From assembly GCA_965248575.1 (NCBI GenBank), contig CBDFJQ010000002.1:4768001-4832000 (forward strand): a stretch of 64,000 nt of DNA. The letters are read 5' to 3'. The translations under genes and the position numbers were made by a program. Positions 27,927-37,606 of this stretch are shown here, in pieces. The stretch comes from Planctomycetota bacterium. GTDB lineage: Bacteria; Planctomycetota; B15-G4. The notes below the pieces were generated by a model. It had not been told where the DNA came from. It ran no database searches and worked only from the letters and a program-made list of their open reading frames with translations. Each line of letters opens with the position of its first letter. The stretch's first letter is position 1.

Positions 27927-30715
27927 AGGTCACCTCGCGCTCCGTCTACCTTGGCCCGAGCACCTACGCGCTCTTTCCGGTGATCCGTCTGACCGTCCAG
28001 CTGGGCGAGCTGGAAGAGTGGTCGTCGACACGACTGGGCAGCGACTTCACCCAGGGTTTGATCGACGCGCTGCCCGGCCTGCATGAACACGGCTGCTCAT
28101 ATGGCGAGCCCGGCGGTTTCGTGCGACGTCTGACTGAAGGCGAAGGCACCTGGATGGGGCACATCTTCGAGCATGTCGCCATCGAGCTACAGAACATCGC
28201 GGGCGCGGATGTGAGTTTCGGGAAGACCCGGGGCACCGGAGTGCTGGGCGAGTACGACGTGGTGTACGCCTACGAGCAGGAGGACGTGGGCATCGCTTCG
28301 GGGGCCCTGGCCATGGATTTGCTGATGCACCTGCTGCCGGAGCAGCTGCAGTCGGCCAGCGTGCGTGAGGAAGACTTCAACTTCGACGAGGAGCGGGACG
28401 AGTTCATCCGGGCTTCCCAGCGTCGAGCGCTGGGGCCCAGCACCGCGAGCCTGGTGCGAGCCGCCGAAGAGCGCGACATCCCCTGGTTGCGATTGAACCG
28501 CTACAGCCTGGTGCAGTTCGGCCACGGCAAGTACGCGAGGCGCATCCAGGCCACGGTCACCGGGGAGACGCGCCACATCGCCGTGGAGATCGCGTCGGAC
28601 AAGGAAGAGACCAACAAGCTGTTGGGTGACCTCGGCCTTCCAGTGGCACGCCAGCGCATGGTCTACAGCGAGGAGGCGGCGGCACGGGCCGCAGAGCGCA
28701 TCGGTTTTCCCGTGGTGGTCAAGCCCCTCAACGCGAACCACGGCCGCGGGGTGGCCATCGGCCTGACAGACAAGGACGCCGTGCGGGTCGCCTTCACCCA
28801 CGCTCGGGAGCACAGCCGCACCGTGCTCGTGGAAGGCTACATCGAAGGGCTCGATCACCGTCTGCTGGTGGTCAACGGCGAGCTGATCGCGGCCTCGAAG
28901 CGGGTGCCTGGCCATGTCGTCGGCGACGGCAAGCACACAGTCGAGGAGCTGATGGAGGAGGTCAACCTCGACCCCCGACGCGGCATCGGGCACGAGAAGG
29001 TGCTCACCAAGCTGAGCCTGGATACCCAGGCCACGCGTTTGCTGGAGAACCTGGGCTACACGTCGGCGTCTGTTCCGCCTGAGGGTGAGGTCGTCTATCT
29101 GCGTTCGACGGGCAACCTGTCCACCGGCGGCACGGCAGTGGACGTGACCGACATCATCCACCCCGACAACCGGGAGATGGCCGTGCGTGCGGCCTTGGCC
29201 ATCGGCCTGGATGTGGCCGGTGTCGACTTCCTCACCACCGATATCAGCGAGTCCTTCAACCTGACGGGTGGCGCGATCTGCGAGGTCAACGCTGCGCCCG
29301 GCTTCCGCATGCACGTGGCGCCCAGTGAAGGCACGCCGAGGGATGTGGCGGGCCCCGTCCTGGACATGCTCTTTCCGCCGGGCAGCCCGTCACGCATTCC
29401 CGTGGCCTCGGTGACGGGGACGAACGGCAAGACCACGACCGTGCGCATGATCGCGCACATCTTCAAATTGGCAGGGCACCACGTGGGCCTGGCGACCACG
29501 GATGCGGTGTACATCGATGGCCACAAGACGGTGGAAGGCGACATGACGGGGCCACAGGCGGCGCGCATGATCCTGCGCGACCCCTCCGTGGACGTCGCCA
29601 TCCTGGAGACCGCGCGCGGAGGCCTGTTGCGCCGCGGTCTGGGTTATCTGCGCTGCAACGTGGGCGCGGTGCTGAACGTGCAGTCGGACCACTTGGGCCT
29701 GAAGGGCGTGGACACGCTCGAAGACATGGCAGCGGTGAAGCGCATCATGGTGGAGGTGGCGAAGGATGCAGCCGTGCTCAATGCCGACGACGAGCTGTGC
29801 TTGCAGATGGCCGACTACTCATCGGCCGAGCACCTCTGCTATGTGACGATGAACCCGCAGCACCCGCTGGTGCGCGAACACATCCTCGCGGGCGGCCGGG
29901 CTGTGGTGCTCGAGAAGAGCATGGCAGGTGACATGATCACCATCTACGACAACGGCTCGCACATTCCGTTGCTCTGGTCGCACGTGATCCCCGCCACCCT
30001 GGACGGCAAGGCGACGCACAATGTGCAGAACGCCATGTTCGCCGCGGCGATCTGCTTCAGCATGAACGTCAAGCTGGATGAGATCCGGCTCGGGATGCAG
30101 ACGTTCGACATGACGTACTTCCAGGCGCCAGGCCGGATGAACATCTGCGACGACCACCCCTTCCGCGTGATCCTGGACTATGGGCACAACCCGGCCGCGG
30201 TGAACGCCATGGTGAACCTCACGGATCGCTTGGAGGCCCAGGGGCGGCGCCTGGTGGTGCTTGCGGCTCCTGGCGACCGGCGTGACGAGGACATCCTTGA
30301 GATTGCGACGCTCGTGGCCGGGCACTACGAGCACTACATCTGCCGGCGCGACGACAACACCCGTGGCCGAGACGGGGATGAAGTGCCGCGCATGCAACGC
30401 CAGGCTCTCCTGGACGCGGGTGTGTCCGACGAGCAGATCGAAGTGATTCCGGATGAGGTCGAGGCCGTGCATCGCGTGCTCGAACTCTCGAACCCCGGTG
30501 ACCTGGTGCTCGTGTTCGGGGATGCCATCGCGCGCACCTGGAAGCAGATCACCGAATTCCGACCAGGCAACACGGATGCGCTGGAGGGGGCTCCCGCCGC
30601 GCCGATCCGGGTGGAACGCCAGACACTGCCTGAAGCGGCCTACGGTAAGGGGGAGGCGCTCATCCGCGATGAGCGCGGTGTTCGATTGGCGCGACCGCAG
30701 GAGCTGGAAGACTGA
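27923..30715 (+). CDS. cphA: Cyanophycin synthetase (CphA1 type)
   Basis: N domain HGCS...GHIFEH; LGPST; ATP-grasp VVKPLNANHGRGV, NLSTGG, EVNAAPGFRMH; Mur-like TGTNGKTTT, ETARGG, DYGHNP. Confidence 0.96.
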   Translation: MKVTSRSVYLGPSTYALFPVIRLTVQLGELEEWSSTRLGSDFTQGLIDALPGLHEHGCSYGEPGGFVRRLTEGEGTWMGHIFEHVAIELQNIAGADVSFGKTRGTGVLGEYDVVYAYEQEDVGIASGALAMDLLMHLLPEQLQSASVREEDFNFDEERDEFIRASQRRALGPSTASLVRAAEERDIPWLRLNRYSLVQFGHGKYARRIQATVTGETRHIAVEIASDKEETNKLLGDLGLPVARQRMVYSEEAAARAAERIGFPVVVKPLNANHGRGVAIGLTDKDAVRVAFTHAREHSRTVLVEGYIEGLDHRLLVVNGELIAASKRVPGHVVGDGKHTVEELMEEVNLDPRRGIGHEKVLTKLSLDTQATRLLENLGYTSASVPPEGEVVYLRSTGNLSTGGTAVDVTDIIHPDNREMAVRAALAIGLDVAGVDFLTTDISESFNLTGGAICEVNAAPGFRMHVAPSEGTPRDVAGPVLDMLFPPGSPSRIPVASVTGTNGKTTTVRMIAHIFKLAGHHVGLATTDAVYIDGHKTVEGDMTGPQAARMILRDPSVDVAILETARGGLLRRGLGYLRCNVGAVLNVQSDHLGLKGVDTLEDMAAVKRIMVEVAKDAAVLNADDELCLQMADYSSAEHLCYVTMNPQHPLVREHILAGGRAVVLEKSMAGDMITIYDNGSHIPLLWSHVIPATLDGKATHNVQNAMFAAAICFSMNVKLDEIRLGMQTFDMTYFQAPGRMNICDDHPFRVILDYGHNPAAVNAMVNLTDRLEAQGRRLVVLAAPGDRRDEDILEIATLVAGHYEHYICRRDDNTRGRDGDEVPRMQRQALLDAGVSDEQIEVIPDEVEAVHRVLELSNPGDLVLVFGDAIARTWKQITEFRPGNTDALEGAPAAPIRVERQTLPEAAYGKGEALIRDERGVRLARPQELED

Positions 30716-30748
30716 TGAGAGCCTGCGCCGGACGAGGCTCCTGAGCTG

Positions 30749-32434
30749 ATGGAACTCGTGGACTCGCGGCGCTTGACGGGCGCCAACATCCTCTGGAACC
30801 GCCCGGGGGCCGTGATCGATGTGGCCGTGGCTGAGGAGCAACGCGAGGCATTGATTGCCGCTTGGGAGCAAGCCCTGCGTCGACGTCTCGATGCGGTGGG
30901 TTGGGACGCGCAGGCCACCTGCGTGCGTCGCTATGCGGGCGGCGCAAGCCTGGCGGTCAGCGCACCACTCGACGCGTTGTACGCCGCGACGGAGGTCAAC
31001 GAGAGCGCCTGGACCGCCGCACGCGCCGCGCTGCTCGGCGAGCTGCCCTCGGATTTCGACGAGGAGCTGGATCGCCTCCGGGAAGAGATCGCCCAGGAAG
31101 TGAATCCGGCCCTGCTCGCCTTGAGCGCGGCTGCCCAAGTCCGCGGCGTGCAGTTCCTCACGGATGACGATCTGGTCTCTGTAGGCCTCGGCTTCGGCTC
31201 CCGGGTCTGGGCAGTGGACGGCCTACCAGCGCCCGCTGACGTGCAGTGGACTGCCGTCCACGATGTGCCGACGGCGATGGTCACGGGCACGAACGGCAAG
31301 ACGACCACCGTGCGGCTCGTGGCGTCCATCGCGACAGCTGCCGGCCTGTGTGTCGGGCAATCCTCGACGGATCGCGTGTGCGTGGGACCGGAGATCCTCG
31401 AGACCGGCGATTGGTCGGGCCCTGGGGGAGCCCGCCTGGTGCTGCGGGACAAGCGCACCCAGGTGGGGCTCTTGGAGACGGCGCGGGGCGGCATGCTGCG
31501 GCGCGGTCTGGCGCTCGAGCGCTGCGACGTCGCCGCGGTCCTGAACGTGGGCGCCGATCACCTCGGGGAGTGGGGTGTGGGCACGCTGGACGGGCTCGCC
31601 GAAGGCAAGTTCGTCGTCACGCGCATCGCTGAGACGGTCGTGCTCAATGCCGACGACGAGGTGGTGGTCCGACATGCGACGGGCCTTGAGGCAGAGGTTG
31701 TGTGGTTCAGCTTGGATCCCGCCAACCCCGTCATCCGGAAGCATCTCGCCTACGGGGGCCAGGCCGTGGTCCTGGACGAGGGTGCACTCTGGTTCAGCCA
31801 AGCCGCCGAGCGTGTGCGGCTGCTGGCTGTGGAGGAGGTGCCGTGCACCATCGGCGGGGCGGCTCGATACAACGTGGCGAACGCCCTTGCCGCCGCAGCC
31901 ATCGCGGAACGCCTGGGCTTCACGTCGGAGGCGATCTGCGCGGGCTTGAAGGACTTCGAAAGCGACCGGGCTTCGAACCCGGGGCGTCTCAACCGCTACG
32001 CATGGGATGGCATCCAGGCTATCGTCGACTTTGCCCACAACCCCCACGGCTTGCAGGCGCTCTTCGAGCTCGTGAACGCCTTGCCCGCCAAACGGCGACT
32101 GGTGCTCCTGGGACAGGCTGGGGATCGGGATGAAGAATCCATTCGCGAGATGGTGCGCAGCACCTGGAACGCGCGGCCCGACATGATCGTGATCAAGGAG
32201 CTGCCGTCCTATCTGCGGGGGCGCGAACCTGGGGAGATCCCTGCGCTGATCGAGGCTGAACTGCGGGCGCTGGGTGCGACGTCGGATCGATTCGTGCATT
32301 GCAGCAGCGAGCTGGAAGCCGTGCAGTGGGCGCTGGATTGGGCCCAGGCCGGGGACCTGCTCCTGCTCCTGACGCACGAGAGTCGCGACGAGGTGTTGAG
32401 CCTACTGGAGGGAATCGGGAGCGGTGCAGCCTGA
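30749..32434 (+). CDS. CphA-related Mur ligase family protein lacking the ATP-grasp domain
   Basis: TGTNGKTTTVR, ETARGGMLRRGL, DHLG, NPGRLN, DFAHNP; CphA-like N-terminus; no KP/EVN ATP-grasp motifs. Confidence 0.85.
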   Translation: MELVDSRRLTGANILWNRPGAVIDVAVAEEQREALIAAWEQALRRRLDAVGWDAQATCVRRYAGGASLAVSAPLDALYAATEVNESAWTAARAALLGELPSDFDEELDRLREEIAQEVNPALLALSAAAQVRGVQFLTDDDLVSVGLGFGSRVWAVDGLPAPADVQWTAVHDVPTAMVTGTNGKTTTVRLVASIATAAGLCVGQSSTDRVCVGPEILETGDWSGPGGARLVLRDKRTQVGLLETARGGMLRRGLALERCDVAAVLNVGADHLGEWGVGTLDGLAEGKFVVTRIAETVVLNADDEVVVRHATGLEAEVVWFSLDPANPVIRKHLAYGGQAVVLDEGALWFSQAAERVRLLAVEEVPCTIGGAARYNVANALAAAAIAERLGFTSEAICAGLKDFESDRASNPGRLNRYAWDGIQAIVDFAHNPHGLQALFELVNALPAKRRLVLLGQAGDRDEESIREMVRSTWNARPDMIVIKELPSYLRGREPGEIPALIEAELRALGATSDRFVHCSSELEAVQWALDWAQAGDLLLLLTHESRDEVLSLLEGIGSGAA

Positions 32435-33370
32435 GGGCTCCGCTCCCGCTGCCTGTGCGACCCATCCGATCAAGCGCGCATCATCGCGCTCGGTCAGCCA
32501 GGACTTGCGGCACTCGTCGACGAGCCCGCCCGCCGTCCAGTAGCGGAGCAGCTGCTTCACACGGCCTCCGCGGGTCTTGATGTTGGCGCCGTCCTGCTGG
32601 AGGCGGGTGGTGTACTCGAGCAGGAAGGCGGCGGCCTCGCTGCGACCGACCTTCCGACCACTGAAGATCCAGGGGTCTGCCATGGCTGCGCGCCCGACCA
32701 TCACGAAGGCACAGCCTGTTTCCGCCCGCAGGCGGGCGAGGTCCGCGTGGCCTTCGACGCCACCGTTGCCGCAGACAGGAATCGAAACGGCGGCCACGGC
32801 GCGGCGCAGGCGATCCCAGTTTGCCGTGTCGCGATAGGCCTCCTTGCGCGTCCTGCAATGGACCGTCAGCAGGGCGGCGCCACCGGACTCGACGGCCTGT
32901 GCGATGTCTTCGAGCAGCGCGTCATCCTCGCCGCCCGCCCGGATCTTGGCCGTGACCGGCAGCCCGTCGACCGCATCGACGCAGGCCCGCACGAGGGCTT
33001 CGACGCTCGCCGGGTCGTCGAGCATGGCCGAACCTGCGCATCGCCCCACGGCGCCCTTTGCGGGGCAACCGAAGTTCAGGTCGATCAAGGGGGCGCCAGC
33101 GCGCTGGGCGCCCTGGGCCGTGAGGGCAACCGCCTCGACATCGGCACCCATGAGCTGCAGGCCCACGGGTGCCGGGAAGCGCAGGGCGCCGAGATGACGT
33201 CGCAGGACGCGCTGGGAGAGTTCGTGATCATTGACGCTCGCGAACTCGGTGAAGGCGCCGCCCAGGGCTTCGGGTGGGTTGCGCGCGAGGACCAGGTCAC
33301 GGAAGCACGGATCGGTGACGCGATCCATGGGCGCGAGCAAGGCGGGCGCGGTGAAGGGAAGCTGCAGCAT
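32402..33370 (-). CDS. tRNA-dihydrouridine synthase family protein
   Basis: LLAPM, IDLNFGCP, VTAKIRAG, LTVHCRT, GNGGV, VMVGRAAMADPWIF. Confidence 0.9.
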   Translation of the reverse strand: MLQLPFTAPALLAPMDRVTDPCFRDLVLARNPPEALGGAFTEFASVNDHELSQRVLRRHLGALRFPAPVGLQLMGADVEAVALTAQGAQRAGAPLIDLNFGCPAKGAVGRCAGSAMLDDPASVEALVRACVDAVDGLPVTAKIRAGGEDDALLEDIAQAVESGGAALLTVHCRTRKEAYRDTANWDRLRRAVAAVSIPVCGNGGVEGHADLARLRAETGCAFVMVGRAAMADPWIFSGRKVGRSEAAAFLLEYTTRLQQDGANIKTRGGRVKQLLRYWTAGGLVDECRKSWLTERDDARLIGWVAQAAGAEPSGCTAPDSLQ

Positions 33371-33376
33371 GGGGGC

Positions 33377-34666
33377 CTACTTCAGATACCCCAGCTCCTG
33401 GAGCGCCTTCTGGGTTTGCGGCTCAAGGTCGTCTGTCTGTGGGTAGAAGACCACGCCCAGGGTGCTCTCGGCCTTGCGGTAGGCGGGGCCCAACTGCCAA
33501 TGGTCGTCGCCCAGGGAGTTCAGCTCACGCGGGTCCGAGGCGAGGTCGAAGCTGGCTCTGGCTTTCACATCCCCAGTCGTCGTCTCGAAGAATCGGACGG
33601 CCTTCTGGTCTCCGCGTACCACGCAGTCTGACTCGAAACCGAAGGCGGAGCAACGGGCGTAAAGCACACGCCCTTCGGGGAGGGGAGTCCCATTCCGAAG
33701 GGTGGGCAACAGGCTCACGCCCGGAAGTTCGACGGGGGCGTCCAGGTCGAGCCATTCCAGGAGCGTGGGCAGGACATCCACGTTGCTGCATGGTTGGGTA
33801 ATTACCTGCGCCTCGGTGACGAGCTTGCTCGGGAACACGAGGAAGGGGATGCGCAGGTTGAAGTCGTAGACGGAGTTCTTGGTGGCGCGCCATTCGGGCC
33901 CGAGGCCGATCTCCTCGTCGTCGCCCAGGGCCGTGCCGTGGTCGCTGGTGACGATGAACAACAGCTCGTCGTCGTAGCGCTCTCGCATGTGCTCATGGAG
34001 CTCGAGGATCTTCTTGTCGATCCAGACGATGGAGTCTTCATACGTGCCGGGGAATGGTGCCTTCCCCCAAGGGCCATGCACGTCGATGTAGTGCACGTAT
34101 GTGAACTCGGGCCCTTCGAGTGGGCGTTTCGCGAAGTGCGCCTTGAAGGACTTGTTGACGGAGTCCGCAAACATCTTGGTCTTCCAGACTTTCTTCGACC
34201 TACCACGGATGCCGTTCACGTTGCCGACGAAGTGGACGTCGTAGGTGTCGAAACCTTCGTGGAAGCTGTTCCACGTCTGGAGGAAGGGGTTCGTGACAAA
34301 GGCGGCCGTGGAATATCCCTGCTCCTTCAACAACTCATGAAGCAGCGTGACCTCCGGGTCGAAGGTGTTGAGTTGGTTGCTGTCGTGCTCACCATCCGCG
34401 CCGTGTTGCTGTGGATAGAGACCCGAGAACAGACTCAGCACCGAGGGATAGGTCCAGGGTGCCGCCGAGCGCATGTGCGTGGCGTGTACGCCCTGCCTCC
34501 CAAGCTCCGTGATCCCTGGTGCGTGGGCTTCCATGGCGTCCAGTCGCAGCTGATCAACCAAGACCACGACGATGTGCGGCTTGCCAATCGTGAGAGCTGG
34601 CTGGCTGTCGGGCTCCGAGCCGCACCCGAAGGAACACAGGATGATCCAGGCCGACACCAGGCCCAT
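33377..34666 (-). CDS. Sulfatase-like hydrolase, possible lipoprotein
   Basis: PHIVVVLVDQLRLD, APWTYPS, TSDHG, C-terminal LQELGYL; start uncertain. Confidence 0.8.
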   Translation of the reverse strand: MGLVSAWIILCSFGCGSEPDSQPALTIGKPHIVVVLVDQLRLDAMEAHAPGITELGRQGVHATHMRSAAPWTYPSVLSLFSGLYPQQHGADGEHDSNQLNTFDPEVTLLHELLKEQGYSTAAFVTNPFLQTWNSFHEGFDTYDVHFVGNVNGIRGRSKKVWKTKMFADSVNKSFKAHFAKRPLEGPEFTYVHYIDVHGPWGKAPFPGTYEDSIVWIDKKILELHEHMRERYDDELLFIVTSDHGTALGDDEEIGLGPEWRATKNSVYDFNLRIPFLVFPSKLVTEAQVITQPCSNVDVLPTLLEWLDLDAPVELPGVSLLPTLRNGTPLPEGRVLYARCSAFGFESDCVVRGDQKAVRFFETTTGDVKARASFDLASDPRELNSLGDDHWQLGPAYRKAESTLGVVFYPQTDDLEPQTQKALQELGYLK

Positions 34667-34825
34667 CGGGAGACCACGCACGAGAGGACGAAGGCAAGGT
34701 GTGGTCAAGGGAGCAGGCCTGCGAGATGTTTTTCTGAAGCTTCGCCGGGACACTCTATCGCTATCTCGATGAGTGGCCAAGGGCAGGAGCCACCGCAGCA
34801 AGCTCGCGGCACCTCCGGCAAACAG

Positions 34826-36601
34826 CTACGAATCGACCGAACTGTCCGCCACCTGCCGCAGGGCGAGTTCCTTGCGGTACCGCGACAGAACATCCTCGAC
34901 GCGCACGATACCCCTCAGGTGTCCTTGTTCATCCAGAACCGGGAGTTCGTCGCGGTAGGCAGCGTCCAGGCGATTCAAGACCAGGTCCAGGGTGTCGGAT
35001 GCCACGACCTTCGGATACGCCTTGTCTGCCAGGTCCTCTGCGACGACCAGGTCGCGCAGCAGATCCGCCTCTTCCAGCGCCGGACGCATCTCGCGCATGG
35101 ACAGGGTTCCCGTCAACAGCCCCGCCTCATCCAGCATGTAGAAGATGGGTGACTCTGTGGCATAGAGCCTCGACAGGATGTCTGGGAGTCGCTCGGCTTC
35201 CGAGAGGGTCGGGAGGTTCTCGGTGAGCATGACCTCGCTGGCGGGGATGTTTGCCAGCAGGTTGATGTCCTGCCCGGCGCGCACGTTGACTCCGCGCCGC
35301 ATGAGTTTGACGGTGTAGATGGACTCCTTGTTCAGGCGCTGCGCCAGGAGCGTTCCGATGATGCAGGAGGTCATCAGCGGAAGCATGATGCGGTAGTCGT
35401 TCGTGAGTTCGAAGATGACCAGGATCGCGGTGATCGGGGCGTGGGTCGTGGACGCCACCAGGGCACCCATACCGACGAGGGCGTAGGCGCCTGTGGGTGC
35501 TGCGGCCCCGGGGAAGAACTGATGCACGCCCAGGCCCACCAGGCCTCCGAGCATGGCCCCCAGGAAGAGGGATGGTGCGAAGACGCCTCCGGAACCTCCG
35601 GAACCGAGAGTCACGCAAACGGCCAGGAGCTTGGCCCCGAGCATGGTGGCCAGGAACAGGGCGGTGGGGCTTTGCATGAGCGCCACGTTCATGGACTCGT
35701 AGCCAACTCCCAGGACACCGGGTGCGAGCAGCGCGAGGCCACCGACGGTGGCTCCACCCAGGGCGGCCGTGATGGGCAGCGGCCAGGGCACGCGCTCGAA
35801 GGCGTCCTCCGCGAAATAGAGGCTGCGTACGAAGAGCCACGAGAGCAAGCCGGCCCCCAAGCCCAGGGCAACATAGGCGACCAGTTCACCGGGGTGGGCG
35901 AGCTGATAGACGGGGATCTCGAAGGCGGGGAGGTCGCCCAGGTAATGGTGGCTCACGACCGTGGCGGCGACGGAGGAGATGACGATGGGCGAGAACTGAT
36001 GCACCCCGAAATCACCCAGCAGCACTTCCACGGCGAAGAGGGCCCCCGCCACGGGAGCGTTGAAGGTGGCGGCGATGCCTGCGGCCGCACCGCATCCGAC
36101 CAGGGTTCGCATCCGGCGCGGGCTCACCCGCAGCCACTGCCCTACGGAGGAGCCGATCGCCGAGCCGATCTGAACGATGGGGCCCTCCCGCCCCACGGAT
36201 CCGCCGGAGGCGATGCACAGGCTCGAGGCCAGGGCCTTGGCCACCACGACGCGCGGTCGGATCAGGCCGCCTCGCAAGGCCACGGCTTCCATCACCTCCG
36301 GCACACCGTGCCCCTTCGCCTCCGGTGCGAACCAGTGCGTGATCGCGCCGACCAGCAAGCCGCCCAGGGCAGGCACACCCACCACCCAGAACCAAGGCAG
36401 GCTCGAGATCCACGCCATGCTGAAGTCGCCGGTGGCCCAGGCCGCATCCTGGATGCTGTGGATGAGCATGCGGAAGCCCACGGCGCCATAGCCACCTGCG
36501 AGGCCGATGCCCACGGCCAGGAGCAGCATGTAGCCCGGCAGCGTCCGCTTGACGCGGTCATGCAGGGCCGAGAGTGAGGTGCGGAAGGTCAAGCGGCCCA
36601 C
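34826..36601 (-). CDS. CLC family chloride channel / Cl-/H+ antiporter with CBS pair
   Basis: GHGVPE, GREGP, FNAP, GGVFAPSL, SIYT; C-terminal CBS domains; start approximate. Confidence 0.92.
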   Translation of the reverse strand: MGRLTFRTSLSALHDRVKRTLPGYMLLLAVGIGLAGGYGAVGFRMLIHSIQDAAWATGDFSMAWISSLPWFWVVGVPALGGLLVGAITHWFAPEAKGHGVPEVMEAVALRGGLIRPRVVVAKALASSLCIASGGSVGREGPIVQIGSAIGSSVGQWLRVSPRRMRTLVGCGAAAGIAATFNAPVAGALFAVEVLLGDFGVHQFSPIVISSVAATVVSHHYLGDLPAFEIPVYQLAHPGELVAYVALGLGAGLLSWLFVRSLYFAEDAFERVPWPLPITAALGGATVGGLALLAPGVLGVGYESMNVALMQSPTALFLATMLGAKLLAVCVTLGSGGSGGVFAPSLFLGAMLGGLVGLGVHQFFPGAAAPTGAYALVGMGALVASTTHAPITAILVIFELTNDYRIMLPLMTSCIIGTLLAQRLNKESIYTVKLMRRGVNVRAGQDINLLANIPASEVMLTENLPTLSEAERLPDILSRLYATESPIFYMLDEAGLLTGTLSMREMRPALEEADLLRDLVVAEDLADKAYPKVVASDTLDLVLNRLDAAYRDELPVLDEQGHLRGIVRVEDVLSRYRKELALRQVADSSVDS

Positions 36602-36763
36602 CGTAACGCGGCTTCCGCGGAAGAACCACGGCGTCGTGAGGGTTCGACTCGCCGGACGCCCGCAGGGGCTGGTGAATGTGTTCTTCTGGTGTGAGAGGCC
36701 GACCACGGGCGGAGCGAGCGACCGCGTGTGGGCTCGGCGAGCTTCCTGCGAATCGGAGATCTG

Positions 36764-37366
36764 GTGAAAGCGTTCACTCCTCTGCTGGCCTGTCTCATCG
36801 TCTTGGTGGTGGGTTGCAGCCTGCCTACCGCGGCGGCGCCACATCGGCTGCGCGCGTCTCCGGCGGCCGACGACGGTGCACCGCAGTCGTGGGTCGGTTC
36901 CGAGCTTCGCGCCTATCCTGCGGGTGTGATCCCAGCGGTCTATGGGGAGCTGCCGCTCTCGTCACACGAGCTGGCCACCCTCGAGCTGGCTGCCAATCTG
37001 ACGGATCGTGAGGACTTCGGAAAGCACGATGAAGAGGAAGGGGATGGCTTCGGCGGAGGTGTCGGCTACCGGCACTTCTTCGGGGAGGAACTCGGCGGTT
37101 GGTTCATGGGTGCGCGTGTCGACCTCTGGTCCCTGGAGATCGATTGGCGTGACAAGCTGGGCACGCCCAAGAAGCGCCGCGGATCGACCGATATCCTCGT
37201 GCTGCAGCCCACCTTCGAGGTCGGGTACGGTTTTCTCCTCGATCGACGCGTGCGCCTGAATGTCTTTGGAGCTGCTGGAGCGGAGATCAACGTCTCGACC
37301 CACGGCGAGCACGTGGGCGAGGGGGCCATCGGCCTGCTGGGCCTTTCGCTCGTCTTCGGCTTCTGA
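36764..37366 (+). CDS. Small outer-membrane beta-barrel protein
   Basis: Signal or lipoprotein-like N-terminus (VVGC), amphipathic strands, terminal Phe (LSLVFGF); GGAG RBS. Confidence 0.7.
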   Translation: MKAFTPLLACLIVLVVGCSLPTAAAPHRLRASPAADDGAPQSWVGSELRAYPAGVIPAVYGELPLSSHELATLELAANLTDREDFGKHDEEEGDGFGGGVGYRHFFGEELGGWFMGARVDLWSLEIDWRDKLGTPKKRRGSTDILVLQPTFEVGYGFLLDRRVRLNVFGAAGAEINVSTHGEHVGEGAIGLLGLSLVFGF

Positions 37367-37606
37367 GCCGAGCAGATCGTCGCACCAGGGCCCGGGCGCT
37401 GAGAACCAGCGCGGCCTGGAGAGCCCGCGGGGCGCGGCCCACACCAGGAAGTCCGGACAGGCCTCGAGGATGGAGTATTGTTCCAGCGAGAACTGCCGAA
37501 GGGGCCGGAGTATAGTTGAGCGAGTCGCCCCCCCGATGCCGAGGGTCGGTTCGCAAGCGAACAGGGCCTGACGGCCGCCGTACTGTGCCCATTGGAGATC
37601 TCCGCG

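Noticed and set aside
32402..32434. Convergent 33-bp overlap between the CphA-like gene and the Dus gene as a regulatory feature
   Set aside because: Short tail-to-tail overlaps are common in GC-rich genomes
34826..36763. Fluoride exporter (CLC-F) with fluoride riboswitch
   Set aside because: Motifs GHGVPE/GREGP are chloride-type and no riboswitch consensus was seen upstream
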